This document shows positions 38,528-47,680 of a stretch of DNA of 47,680 nucleotides, piece by piece. The translations under genes were made by a program, and so were the position numbers. How positions within the stretch are numbered: the first letter of the stretch is position 1; each line of letters starts with the position of its first letter. The DNA lies in assembly GCA_044226625.1 (NCBI GenBank), contig JBGAGQ010000053.1, positions 1 to 47,680 of the forward strand, given 5' to 3'. The notes below the pieces were generated by a model. That model searched no databases and was not told the origin of the DNA. It saw only the letters and a list, made by a program, of their open reading frames with translations. The DNA is from Thermoanaerobaculia bacterium (GTDB lineage: Bacteria; Acidobacteriota; Thermoanaerobaculia; Multivoradales; UBA5704).

Positions 38528-40588
38528 ATGGCGAGCGAGGGACCTGACGACGCCGGGTCCCTCGCTCCACCCCCTCGCGACTTCCTCCCGTTCAACCGTC
38601 GACGCCGGTGGCCGACTCGAGGCCGAGCCTCGTTCTGGTTCGCCGCCGCGCTCGCGCTCGCGGTCCCGCTTCGGGGCGCCCCTCCCGCGCGTCCCCCCTG
38701 GGAGGCGTGGCTCGATCCGCGCGAGCTTCCCCGGCTGCCGCCGGGCGATCAACTCCTCTTGCGCAGCAGCCACTGCCCGAGCGGATGCCGCTTCGATCGA
38801 ACCTCCGACGGCGATCCGCGTTTCCTCCGGATCGAAGGAGACGAGGCGGTGATCTTCGAGGAGGCGGGAGCCGGCGCGGTGGTCCGGATCTGGATGACCC
38901 AGGGTCCGGGAGTCTCGGCGCCGCTCGATCCCGCGATCCGGATGCGCGTGCGGCTCGACGGCGAGGCGGAGCCGCGGATCGACCTGCCGCTCCACGCCCT
39001 GTTCGACGGCACGACGCCGGGCTTTTCCCCTCCGCTCGCTTACGACCGGGAGCGATCGAGCGGCGGCAACGTCCTCTACGTTCCGATCCCCTATCGACGC
39101 GGCTGCAAGATCTCGTTGGTCGGCGCCGAGCACGCCCGCCTCTGGTTTCAGGTGACGTTCCACCGGCTGGCCCAGCCGGGATCGATCGCGACCTATATGG
39201 GCGCGGAGGATCTCTCCCCCTGGCGCGCGTTGCTCGCGCGTGCGGGGAGCGATCCCTGGCCGGACGCGGGCGCACCGGGAGCTCACCTCGACGCAGGGAA
39301 CGCCTCGCTCTCCCCCGGCGACGAGATCGCGATTCCCGCGCCGCGCGCCTCCGGCTACCTGCGCTCGATCCGTCTGAAAACGAGCGTCCGGGGCGCCGAG
39401 CGGTTGCGCCTGCGCCTGCGCTTCGACGGCGAGCTCCGCGCCGACCTGCCGCTCGCCGATTTCTTCGCGGTCCGCGGCGCCCCCGTCCCGCCGCGCTCGC
39501 TGCTCGTGGGCCAGGCCGCCGATGGCTTCCTCTACGCCTACTTTCCCGCGCCGTTCTTTGCCTCGGCGCGGGTCGAGATCGTCGACGCCGGGGCGCCCGG
39601 CTCGCGGCCGGTGCGCGTCGATTGGCGGATCGGCTGGAACGCCGAGCTTCCGCCGGCCGACAGTGGACGGTTCGGCGCGGATTTCCGCGTCACCGCAGAG
39701 ACCTCCCCGGACGGCCCCGATCTGCCGCTCCTGTCCGTCGACGGCCGAGGCAAGTGGATCGGGCTGTTCGCCGAGATCGGCAGCGTCCGGACCCTCTCGC
39801 GCGAGGTGCTCGAAGGGGACGAGCGGATCTACCTCGACGGCTCGCGCCATCCGGGAATCTACGGCACCGGCGTCGAGGACCTGTTCAACGGCGGCTTCTA
39901 TTTCGACCTGGGTCCGTTTTCCTTGCCGCTCCACGGGGCGCCCGCGCACAGGATCACACCGCGCGCGGAGGATGTGACCTCGGCTTACCGGCTGTTCCTT
40001 TCCGACGCGATCCCGTTCCGTTCCTCGATCCGCGCCGGGCTCGAGACCGGCCCCACGGGAAACCTCTCCCTCCGCGCGCGAACCGTCGCCTACTACTATT
40101 CGCGCCCCGAACCGGCGCTCGCTTTCGTCGATCGGCTCGTCGTGGGAGATGGGATCTCCAGCGTTCTCCACGGCTACGAAGTGGTGGGAGCCGAATGCGA
40201 GGGCGGCCCGTTCACCGGCCGCTTCGAGGGAGGTCCGTGGGTCGCGCTGGAGGAGCCGGCGCTCGCCTGCGCGTACTCGAATCCGGGCGGCCGCAGCACC
40301 TTCGGCTTTCATCGGCCGTCCTCCGGCGGATCGGTGCGCCTGCGACGCCGCCTGGACGCCCGAGAGCCGAACCCGCCGGCCGACGTCTACGTGAACGGCG
40401 TCCGCGTCGGGACCTTTCCCTTTCAGGAGGCGAACTCGTTCCGCCGCTTGCGTGAGGTCGACCTCGACCTACCTCCCGTTGCCCTCGGCGGCGCGACCGA
40501 CCTGAGCTTCGAGATCGTTCCCCGGCTTGCGCCCGGCGACGGGACGAGCCACACCGAGGTGTCCTATGAGCTCTGGACTTCCCGCTAG
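38528..40588 (+). CDS. DUF2961 (GH172-like) domain-containing secreted protein
   Basis: GAGAVVRIWMT, RLDGEAEPRID, YVPIPY, YAYFPAPF and LEGDERIYLDG...GTGVEDLFNGGFYF motifs; apparently two repeats of the domain. Confidence 0.85.
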   Translation: MASEGPDDAGSLAPPPRDFLPFNRRRRWPTRGRASFWFAAALALAVPLRGAPPARPPWEAWLDPRELPRLPPGDQLLLRSSHCPSGCRFDRTSDGDPRFLRIEGDEAVIFEEAGAGAVVRIWMTQGPGVSAPLDPAIRMRVRLDGEAEPRIDLPLHALFDGTTPGFSPPLAYDRERSSGGNVLYVPIPYRRGCKISLVGAEHARLWFQVTFHRLAQPGSIATYMGAEDLSPWRALLARAGSDPWPDAGAPGAHLDAGNASLSPGDEIAIPAPRASGYLRSIRLKTSVRGAERLRLRLRFDGELRADLPLADFFAVRGAPVPPRSLLVGQAADGFLYAYFPAPFFASARVEIVDAGAPGSRPVRVDWRIGWNAELPPADSGRFGADFRVTAETSPDGPDLPLLSVDGRGKWIGLFAEIGSVRTLSREVLEGDERIYLDGSRHPGIYGTGVEDLFNGGFYFDLGPFSLPLHGAPAHRITPRAEDVTSAYRLFLSDAIPFRSSIRAGLETGPTGNLSLRARTVAYYYSRPEPALAFVDRLVVGDGISSVLHGYEVVGAECEGGPFTGRFEGGPWVALEEPALACAYSNPGGRSTFGFHRPSSGGSVRLRRRLDAREPNPPADVYVNGVRVGTFPFQEANSFRRLREVDLDLPPVALGGATDLSFEIVPRLAPGDGTSHTEVSYELWTSR

Positions 40589-41453
40589 CCGCAAGCCGAA
40601 CGCGCCGAAGAAGTCGCGTCAGGAAAAGCTGGCCTCGATCGCCGAATGGGACGAGATCATCCGTCGCTATCCGCCCGGCGATCGCGCCTCTCTCGTTCGC
40701 CAGGTCGCGATGATGCTCGTGAGCAACGGCTTCGTCGTCTATCAGCTGATCACCGGCCGGATGACGCCGCTCCATCTCGTGCTGCTGGTGGCGATCGAGG
40801 CGGTCCTGCTCACGACGCTCGCCTATCTCCAATCGCTTACCGTGCCCGCCGCGGCGCGGAAGCCGTCCGACCAGACGGTCGGCCAGCGGCTCTTCGCGCT
40901 CGGCTTCGGTCTCTTTTGGCTCACCGCGGTCTACGCGCTGGTCTTCGCCGCGTTCCTCCGCTCGGGGGACGAGATCGCGGCCCTCGTGCGGCATCCCTGG
41001 GCGACGCTCGTCGAGGCGGGACTGCTATGGCCGCTCGGGGTCACGCTGGCCGCCGCCCTCCTCGACGCCTTCAACGACGCGAGCTATTTCGCCGAGCATG
41101 GCGGGGCGTTCCTCTCGACGCCCGGCTTGAACGGCGTGGCACGCTGGCTCACCCTCTTCCTCGGCGGCATTCCCTTCTTCATCCCGCTCGCGGCCGTCGG
41201 CGGCCTGATCTCGATCGTGGTGAAAAAGCTCGAGCGGCGGTTCGACCCGAGCGACCCGGAAGCGAAGCTGGTCCTCCTGGTCGTGCCACTCATGGGGATC
41301 GGACTGTTCAGCGTCATGGGCGGCCTGATCAAGGCCGGCCTCTCCGGCTGGGCGATCGGCTACACCTCGGCCAAGTTCGTGAGCGAGCTATTCATCCTCT
41401 GTATCCCGGTGATCGCCGTGAAAGCCAAGGCGGAGGAGACGGCGGCGCTCTGA
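40566..41453 (+). CDS. Multi-pass membrane protein of unknown function
   Basis: About 7 hydrophobic segments. Overlaps the end of the DUF2961 gene. Confidence 0.8.
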   Translation: MSSGLPASRKPNAPKKSRQEKLASIAEWDEIIRRYPPGDRASLVRQVAMMLVSNGFVVYQLITGRMTPLHLVLLVAIEAVLLTTLAYLQSLTVPAAARKPSDQTVGQRLFALGFGLFWLTAVYALVFAAFLRSGDEIAALVRHPWATLVEAGLLWPLGVTLAAALLDAFNDASYFAEHGGAFLSTPGLNGVARWLTLFLGGIPFFIPLAAVGGLISIVVKKLERRFDPSDPEAKLVLLVVPLMGIGLFSVMGGLIKAGLSGWAIGYTSAKFVSELFILCIPVIAVKAKAEETAAL

Positions 41454-41510
41454 AGGGAGATTTGCCTCAGCGTCGGAGGTCGGCGTAAGGTCACGGTACA
41501 ACGAGAGGTC

Positions 41511-41603
41511 CCGAGAAAACGATAGTTTTTGGGAAACTTTGTTTTTTCTCTCGGCGGGCGCAATCGAAAAAAGAAGACCCGCCGAAAACTATCGTTTTCT
41601 CGG
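41511..41603. repeat. Perfect 19-bp inverted repeat with a 55-bp spacer
   Basis: ccgagaaaacgatagtttt (41511-41529) pairs with aaaactatcgttttctcgg (41585-41603). Inner pair tcggcggg / cccgccga. Confidence 0.85.
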
Positions 41604-41641
41604 CCCCCTCGGGTGTAAGGTAAGGACGTCCCCGCGACAGC

Positions 41642-41935
41642 CCACCGGTGTCCTCGTCCAGACCACCCCTGATCCGGTCCGAATCGCCTCTGATCTCGTT
41701 CAGGCCACCGGTGTTCCGGTCGGGATCACGCCTGATCGGGTCCAGGCAACGAGTGTTCCGGTCCGAAGCACCTCTGATCTCGTTCAGACCACCGGGGATC
41801 CGATCGGGATCACCTCTGATCTCGTCCAGGCCACTGGTGATCCGGCCGGGAACACTGCCGATCTAGTGCAGACCACCAGTGGTTCCCCTCAGCTCACCAA
41901 TTGCGGCGACGAGATCACCACCGATCTCAACGGGA
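41642..41935 (+). repeat. Tandem array of 14 degenerate 21-bp units
   Basis: Units such as tcacctctgatctcgtccagg and ccaccggtgttccggtcggga alternate. The + frame reads VQ(A/T)TSDL-type heptads. The array ends at the stop codon of the convergent gene. Confidence 0.9.
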
Positions 41936-43126
41936 TCAGTCGATCCCGAACTCGATCAGCTCGACCGGAAGGCTCGACAGGAGGGCGGCGTCGATGCCGC
42001 TCGGCGGATTCACCCTCGGATGGTTGGTCGTCGAAAGGCTGAGCATTGCGCCGAGACCTGCCGATGTCGGAGCGAAGACGCGGATCTGGTTCGCGAGAGA
42101 ATCCGAAACGTACAGCCGGTTTGCGGCGTCGAACGCCATGTATTCGACCAGGCTGCCGGTGATCCCGTTCGAGCCCGATCCGACCGCGGCCAGATTGCAC
42201 GAGGAGTCCACCGAAAACAGCGTGAGCTCGTTACCCAACCCGCCGAACGCCGCGAGCGTTCCGTCCGCCCGGATCGCGCCGTAGCGCGCCGCGGTCGAGG
42301 TCGCCGCGGTGTTCGTCGCGGTGAGGATTCCGGCCGCGTCGACTTTGAAACCCTGGACCGCGTTCGCGCTGCCGAGCGCCGCGACGCCGCAACCGTTCGG
42401 GGCGATGCGCACGCCGCGGGCGCTGTCGACCGCGATCGTACTGGCCGCCACGACACCCGGCAGCCGAGTGGCTGGAGAGATCGGGAAACAACCGAGATTG
42501 TTCGAGTTGGTTCCGGTCACGCAAAGGTGGCTGCCGATGCCGGCCCCGATGACTTCCGCATCGCGCGGCAAATCGATCCCTCGCAATGCGACCGCGCCGA
42601 CGTTGTTGACGTTGATCACCCCGCCGGCCGAGCAAGTGACCGCGAGAGTGACCACGCGGCCAGAGAACTCTTGGGAGGGAGGCGTCGCGATCGAGATCGG
42701 TACGTAGAGCGCGCCTCCGTCCGGCGCCCAGGCGAGCGACTGCCCGCCGCCGCCGAGACCTATGAAGACGGGCGTTCCAGGGACTGCGAACAAACCGCCG
42801 GAGGCGGTGACGCCGAAGATCGCCACGGTGTTGCCGCCGTTGTGCGTTTGAGCGACCAGCGAGCAACCCGGAGCGTTCGACTTGAAAACCCGGACCTGAT
42901 TGAACGCCAGGTTCGTCGCGGTCCCGGTCGTCAAGCCGCCGCCGATCTCCGCGCCGTAGCTCATGGTCGTTCCGGAGAACGAGGCGTTGATCAGCGGGTC
43001 CGGAGTGTCGTTGGAGCCCGCGTAGACCTGAGCCTGTTGGGCGGGGGCTGCCGAACCGAGCCAGGCCATCGTCGAGGCGACCGCCCACAAGACCAGGAAA
43101 CGAGCTCCTCCGGCGTTCGGGCGCAT
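41936..43126 (-). CDS. Secreted beta-propeller-like (lactonase-like) protein, paralogue 2, C-terminal LPVELIEFGID
   Basis: RBS aggagg and a signal peptide. Blade motifs SLAWAPDGGALYV, IAPNG and AFDAANRLYVSD. Highly similar to 43280..44437. Confidence 0.85.
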   Translation of the reverse strand: MRPNAGGARFLVLWAVASTMAWLGSAAPAQQAQVYAGSNDTPDPLINASFSGTTMSYGAEIGGGLTTGTATNLAFNQVRVFKSNAPGCSLVAQTHNGGNTVAIFGVTASGGLFAVPGTPVFIGLGGGGQSLAWAPDGGALYVPISIATPPSQEFSGRVVTLAVTCSAGGVINVNNVGAVALRGIDLPRDAEVIGAGIGSHLCVTGTNSNNLGCFPISPATRLPGVVAASTIAVDSARGVRIAPNGCGVAALGSANAVQGFKVDAAGILTATNTAATSTAARYGAIRADGTLAAFGGLGNELTLFSVDSSCNLAAVGSGSNGITGSLVEYMAFDAANRLYVSDSLANQIRVFAPTSAGLGAMLSLSTTNHPRVNPPSGIDAALLSSLPVELIEFGID

Positions 43127-43221
43127 CGAGGCTTCCTCCTGAGGACAGGTCGGTTTGCGGTGCCGCCAACCTACCACTCAAGCCGGCCGCCGAGCCCCTC
43201 CCTTGAGGCAGGCGTCCCCCA

Positions 43222-43251
43222 ACGCAAAGCGGCGGGCTCGTCGCCCGCCGC
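43222..43251 (-). terminator. Probable intrinsic terminator between the two paralogues
   Basis: 9-bp stem gcggcgggc / gcccgccgc with a 5-nt loop, followed on the minus strand by tttgcgtt. Confidence 0.55.
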
Positions 43252-43279
43252 CGTGCAACACCGGACCTCGAATCGACGG

Positions 43280-44437
43280 TCAGTCGATCTCGTACTGGAT
43301 CAGCTCGACCGGCAGGCTCGAGAGGAGGGCCGCATCGATTCCGCCCGGGGCGTTGATCGTCGCGTGGTTCGTGGACGTTGTGCTGAGCGCCGCGCCGATG
43401 CCCGCGCCGGTCGGTGCGAAGACGCGGATCTGGTTACCGAGCGAATCGGAGACATAGAGGCGATTGGAGCCGTCGAACGCCACGTACTCCACCAGAGTCG
43501 TGGCGATGCCGTTGTTGTTCGAGCCGACCGCCGTCAGCATGCAGGAGCCGTCGACGGAAAAGACGGTGAACTGGGTGCCGAAACCGCCGAACGCGGCGAG
43601 CGTGCCGTCCGCCGAGATCGCGCCGTAGCGCGGATTGGTGGTGGTCGCCCCGGTGTTGGTCGCCGTGATCGTGCCGCCGCTCACCGAGAAACCCTGGACC
43701 GTGTTGGCGCTGCCCACGCCGGCCACGCCACAGCCGTTCGGCGCGATGCGCATTCCGCGGACATTGGTGACCGTGATCGTGTTGACCGCCGTGGTGCTCG
43801 GGATGCGCGAGGTGAGCGCGAAACAGCCGATGTTGTTGGAGTTGGTTCCGCTCACGCAGAGGTGGGTGCCGTTGCCCGCCCCGATCACTTCGGCGTCGCG
43901 CAGAAGGTTGAAGCCGGTGAGCGCCGTAGTCCCGGCGTTGGTCACCGTGACGGGGCCTCCTGCGGTGCAGGACACCGTGAAAGTGATCACGTTGGAGGCA
44001 CCGGAGACCGCGAGCGGAACGTAGAGCGCCCCGCCGTCGGGCGCCCAGGCGAGCGACTGGGTGCCCGCTCCGGTCGCGAACGGCGAGCCGGTGACCTCCG
44101 AGATCCCGCCGGTCGCGTTGACCACGAAGATCGAGACGTTGTTCGAGTTGTTGTGCGCCTGGGCGACCAGCGAGCAACCTGGCATGGTCGATTTGAAAGC
44201 CCGCACCTGGTTGAAGGCGAGGCTGGTGGCGATACCCGTCGTCGAGCCCGTGGTCGCGACCTCCGTGCCGTAGGTCATGGTCGGGCTGTTGAACGTGGCG
44301 TTGATCAGCGGGTCCGGGTTGTCGTTCGAGCCCGCCCAGACCTGCGCCTGCTGGGCGGAGGCGGCCGACGCGAGAAGGATCGTTACCGTGGCGACGCCGA
44401 TCGTTCGGAGCCCAGCCTGGAACCTGCCGCGGCTCAT
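43280..44437 (-). CDS. Secreted beta-propeller-like (lactonase-like) protein, paralogue 1, C-terminal LPVELIQYEID
   Basis: Signal ending ASA-Q. VTGSPFATGAGTQSLAWAPDGGALYV is typical of lactonase-like propeller blades. Confidence 0.87.
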   Translation of the reverse strand: MSRGRFQAGLRTIGVATVTILLASAASAQQAQVWAGSNDNPDPLINATFNSPTMTYGTEVATTGSTTGIATSLAFNQVRAFKSTMPGCSLVAQAHNNSNNVSIFVVNATGGISEVTGSPFATGAGTQSLAWAPDGGALYVPLAVSGASNVITFTVSCTAGGPVTVTNAGTTALTGFNLLRDAEVIGAGNGTHLCVSGTNSNNIGCFALTSRIPSTTAVNTITVTNVRGMRIAPNGCGVAGVGSANTVQGFSVSGGTITATNTGATTTNPRYGAISADGTLAAFGGFGTQFTVFSVDGSCMLTAVGSNNNGIATTLVEYVAFDGSNRLYVSDSLGNQIRVFAPTGAGIGAALSTTSTNHATINAPGGIDAALLSSLPVELIQYEID

Positions 44438-44739
44438 TGCGCACCTCCCGCGAGCACGACGGTCAAGGTCGCGCCGGTACCGACGGTCGAGCCCTTGGCA
44501 GCCCCTTTATCCGCGATCACCGAGATCTGGGACGAGGTGGTCGTGACGGTCACCCGGCCTTGGGCATCCGTTCGGCCGACGGCATCCATCTCGTCGGCGG
44601 CGATGAGCACCCGGGCATCGGCCACGGGGGCTCCGTTCTGTTCGACGACGATCGTCACCGTTCGCGACGCCGCCGCCCCGAGGGGGATGGCGACGGCGAG
44701 AAGGGACAGCAGGCAGAGTGGAACGATTCTCCTCCGCAT
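44434..44739 (-). CDS. Small secreted single beta-sandwich (carboxypeptidase-regulatory-like) protein
   Basis: RBS aaggaag and signal MRRRIVPLCLLSLLAVAIPLGAAA. NGAPVADARV...GRTDAQGRV. ATGA-coupled to the downstream gene. Confidence 0.82.
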   Translation of the reverse strand: MRRRIVPLCLLSLLAVAIPLGAAASRTVTIVVEQNGAPVADARVLIAADEMDAVGRTDAQGRVTVTTTSSQISVIADKGAAKGSTVGTGATLTVVLAGGAQ

Positions 44740-44882
44740 CGGCTCTTCCTTTCTATATCCGCAATTCGATTCTTCGGGCACTCTACGGACAGCCCTGTCA
44801 GGAGTCAATGGGAGCCACGGGAGAAAAGTCCGGGCGAAGTGGACCGGCGGTATCCCGACGAGCGGGATCCGGCGCGCCGGTC

Positions 44883-46031
44883 TTACCGCCCGGTCCGAGC
44901 GGCGCGCGCGATCTCGAGCAGGTCGTCGCCGATCACCGTCTGGCGCCAACCGACCAGCTCGCCCGGGAGCCGGGGTGGCTCCGTCCCCTCGACCGAGCGG
45001 GAGAGGGCGGCGAGCGGGCGGCGCGAGGCGAGGACCTCGGGCGCGATGCCAATCTCCGTCGCGCGCTCTCGGACCTTCTGGCGCAGCTTCTCTTCGAGCG
45101 CGTCGACCGCTGGAGGCGGTTTCCTCCGGTCGACGAGCGGCGGAAGCTCGGATTCGGGCAGGGCCGCCACCTCCCGCAAGATCGCGAGCCATCGTTCGCC
45201 GTCGCGGGCGATCAGCCCTGGATGGGCGCCGGGGAGTTTCTTGAGCTCGGACGCCTCCTTGGGCTGCCGTTTGGCCAGCTCGAGCAGGAGGTCCTCCTTG
45301 AGCACCATGTTGCGCGGCAGGTCGCGACGCCGCGCTTCGCGCTCGCGCCAGGCGGCGAGGGCGTGGACCGCGCCGAGGCCGCGCCGGTCGAGCCGGCCGG
45401 CTCCTTTGATTCGCCGATGAGCCTCCGCTGGATCGTCGTCGAAGGTCGCGTCGAGCAGCGCCTCCGAGTCTTCGAGCGCCCATTCCCAGCGCCCCATCGC
45501 TTCCAGATCGGCGCGCAGACTCTCGAAGAGGGGAAGCAGATAGACCACGTCCGCGGCGGCGTAGACGAGCTGCGCCTCGGTGAGTGGGCGCGCCGTCCAA
45601 TCGGTGCGCGTTTCCCCTTTGGCCAGCTCGACGCCAAGCCGCTCGAGCACCAGCCGGCCGAACCCCATGCCGGGGCTTCCCCCGGCGAGCGCCGCCGCTT
45701 CCTGCGTGTCGAGGATCGGCCGCGGCATCCGGCCGAGCGCCCGAAAGAAGACCTCCAGGTCCTGGCTCGCCGAGTGGATCACCTTGAGCGTGCCGGGCGC
45801 GTCGAGCACCGAAGACAGGGGCGCAAGATCCCCGACCGCCAGCGGATCGATCAGGGTCGCCCGTTCGCCGTCGCAAACCTGGATCAGGCCGAGCCGGGGG
45901 AAATAGGTCCGCTCGCGGACGAACTCGGTATCGATCGCGAGAACCGGGGCGTCGCGCCAGCGCTCGATCGCGCGGACGAAGTCGTCGGGCCGGGCGATCA
46001 GCTCGAAGGTCTCAGGGGGGATGTCGGTCAC
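44883..46031 (-). CDS. rnd: Ribonuclease D (DEDDy exonuclease plus HRDC)
   Basis: LAIDTEFVRERTYFPRLGLIQV, HSASQDLE, DTQ, TDWTARPLTEAQLVYAAADV and WREREARRRDLPR. Confidence 0.95.
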   Translation of the reverse strand: MTDIPPETFELIARPDDFVRAIERWRDAPVLAIDTEFVRERTYFPRLGLIQVCDGERATLIDPLAVGDLAPLSSVLDAPGTLKVIHSASQDLEVFFRALGRMPRPILDTQEAAALAGGSPGMGFGRLVLERLGVELAKGETRTDWTARPLTEAQLVYAAADVVYLLPLFESLRADLEAMGRWEWALEDSEALLDATFDDDPAEAHRRIKGAGRLDRRGLGAVHALAAWREREARRRDLPRNMVLKEDLLLELAKRQPKEASELKKLPGAHPGLIARDGERWLAILREVAALPESELPPLVDRRKPPPAVDALEEKLRQKVRERATEIGIAPEVLASRRPLAALSRSVEGTEPPRLPGELVGWRQTVIGDDLLEIARAARTGR

Positions 46032-46538
46032 GGCGCGGGGATTGTAGCGCGGCGGGCTTTGCGCCCCTCGGGAGGCTTCGGCATCCACTCCGCCGGATCG
46101 CCGATCCGGAGGGGACGGCGTGCCCTCTAAGGGGGACGAGGCGCCCCTTTTCGAGCACGGACCGGAGCAGCGTCGCAACGAACGGCCGTGCGCGCCGATT
46201 CATTTCTATGGATCGACGCCTCCTCGGAGTCCCCTTCGAAACGCCTCCGAATCGGTGAAAACCACACGATCCAAAAGGTTTATTTCGCGCGACGCGGGGT
46301 TGGCACCCGACTTGCGAAACGCTGCCGCATGGATCGCCACGAGACAGCGCACGGACCGGGCTTGCCCCCCGCGGCCGGCGTCGGTTCGATGGCGTTCGTT
46401 TGGGGCCGGCGGACACGTTCCACCGGCCTTTCGTCACGTCTCGACCGCCGCCCGCCCCAGGGTGGACGGCGGTCCACTTTCTCGCTACCAAACCTCGCGC
46501 CTATGATCCCGTAGAGAAAGTCTGAGGAGGAACGGACT

Positions 46539-47306
46539 ATGCCGCTCACCGCACTGATCGCCGACGACGAGCCCCTTGCCCGCCAGCGCCTCGCGGACCT
46601 CTTGGCCGCCGAGGAGGACGTGGTCTTGATCGGCCAGAGCGCGGACGGCGCCGAAGCGGTCTCGGCACTGCGCGAGCTCGAGCCGGACGTGGTGTTCCTG
46701 GATGTCCGGATGCCCGAGCTCGACGGCTTCGGCGTGATCGAAGAGATCGGACCGGAGCGCATGCCGGCGGTCGTCTTCGTCACGGCGTACGACGAGCACG
46801 CCCTCCGCGCATTCGAGGTCCACGCGATCGACTATCTGTTGAAGCCATACGACCGGGAGCGCTTCCGCGCGGCCCTGGCGCGCGTCCGGGCTCAGGTGGA
46901 GCACCGTTCGGTCGACGAGCTCCGGCGCCAGCTCGCGGCGCTGCTCGCGACGACCCAAGTCGACCGCCGGCGCCCCGACCGTCTGGTGGTGAAGACCGCT
47001 GGCCGCGTGCAGTTCCTCAAGGTCGACGACCTCGACTGGATCGACGCCGCGGGCAACTACGTGCGGCTGAACGCCCACGGCAAGAGCCATCTCCTGCGCG
47101 AGACGATGGCCGGCATCGAGGACCGCCTCGATCCGGGCCGCTTCGTGCGCATCCATCGCTCCGCGATCGTCAACCTCGATCGGGTCAAGGAGCTGGTACC
47201 CGGCGTCCACGGCGATTACGAGGTCGTCCTCCAGACGGGCGCGCGGCTGCCGCTCTCCCGGAGCTGTCGGGAGCGGCTGGAGACGGCGCTCGGCGCTACG
47301 TTGTAG
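46539..47306 (+). CDS. LytR/AlgR-family response regulator (REC plus LytTR)
   Basis: IADDEPLAR, FLDVRMPELDGF, FVTAYD, DYLLKP and FVRIHRSAIVN. RBS gaggagg. Confidence 0.96.
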   Translation: MPLTALIADDEPLARQRLADLLAAEEDVVLIGQSADGAEAVSALRELEPDVVFLDVRMPELDGFGVIEEIGPERMPAVVFVTAYDEHALRAFEVHAIDYLLKPYDRERFRAALARVRAQVEHRSVDELRRQLAALLATTQVDRRRPDRLVVKTAGRVQFLKVDDLDWIDAAGNYVRLNAHGKSHLLRETMAGIEDRLDPGRFVRIHRSAIVNLDRVKELVPGVHGDYEVVLQTGARLPLSRSCRERLETALGATL

Positions 47307-47319
47307 GTTGGTCCGCAGG

Positions 47320-47528
47320 CCCCCCTCCTAACCTCCCCCGCTTGCGGGGGGAGGAACGACTCCGAGCCGCAAGCTACTGACGGCCACCAGCCTGAGCTCC
47401 TGAGCTGTTCCTCCTTCCCCGCTTGCGGAGGAGGGACGATTTCGAACCGCTCGTGATGGGCGCCCGCCAGCCTCCCCTCTTGGAGCTGGTCTTCCTCCCC
47501 CGCTTGCGGGGGAGGACCGAGGTGGGGG
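47320..47528. repeat. Cluster of three REP-like palindromic repeats
   Basis: cctcccccgcttgcggggg(g)agg hairpins at about 47332-47354, 47410-47435 and 47494-47515. The outer copies carry ccccctcctaa and ccgaggtggggg tails in opposite orientation. Confidence 0.8.
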
Positions 47529-47680
47529 TCAGGCCGCCTCGAGAAGGATCCGATAGACTCCTGGGACGAAAACCTGCGGGAGGGGACGAAACGTCGGTGC
47601 CTCGGGATCGGGGTCCGCGGAGCGTTGGGCGAGGCGCGGGTATCATCCGAAGGGCGGTTTCTCGATGCTCAACTCTCCAT

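Noticed and set aside
41879-45244. 1121-aa plus-strand ORF and similar long Arg/Pro/Ala-rich ORFs (e.g. 17907..20171, 30606..32360, 38393..40312, 9939..11300)
   Set aside because: They are antisense or alternate-frame shadows of well-supported genes, as expected in high-GC DNA, and carry no motifs.
44740-45876. N-terminal extension of the 480-aa ORF
   Set aside because: It overlaps rnd in another frame. An RBS and signal peptide place the start at 44739.
46050-46520. Riboswitch or ncRNA in the rnd-LytTR gap
   Set aside because: Only imperfect GC-rich stems are present and I recognise no family motif. An Rfam/Infernal scan would be needed.

Overview
GC-rich bacterial chromosome segment. My inference from gene families and synteny is an Acidobacteriota/Thermoanaerobaculia-like organism. 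Housekeeping blocks lie at both ends: 5' part of purM, pntA(dII)-pntB, then mfd, two parvulin PPIases, a PLP decarboxylase, a DUF2961/GH172-like protein, rnd and a LytTR regulator. Between them is a ~27 kb accessory region with four parts. (i) A Sec-signal Rhs polymorphic-toxin locus with a 1.2 kb duplicated orphan Rhs-CT module and a tail of candidate immunity genes (3.3-13.6 kb). (ii) A 10-Cys secreted peptide translationally coupled to a carboxypeptidase-regulatory-repeat protein. (iii) A cluster I cannot assign to any described system (16.8-24.0 kb): two paralogous XRE-HTH/TPR proteins flanking a secreted peptide with three G(C/G)S-(L/I)DPxG-x-C repeats, a palindromic candidate operator, a 21-bp tandem array, a PCD/DCoH-fold protein lacking its catalytic histidines, a helical protein, an RHH protein and a CC-HC-H protein. 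This is my best candidate for an undescribed RRNPP-like peptide-signalling module. (iv) A defence-like pair: a PD-(D/E)xK nuclease-STAND-like NTPase and a low-GC P-loop ATPase cassette bracketed by a duplicated 3' end of the decarboxylase gene. Family calls come from motif recognition only; no database searches were run.
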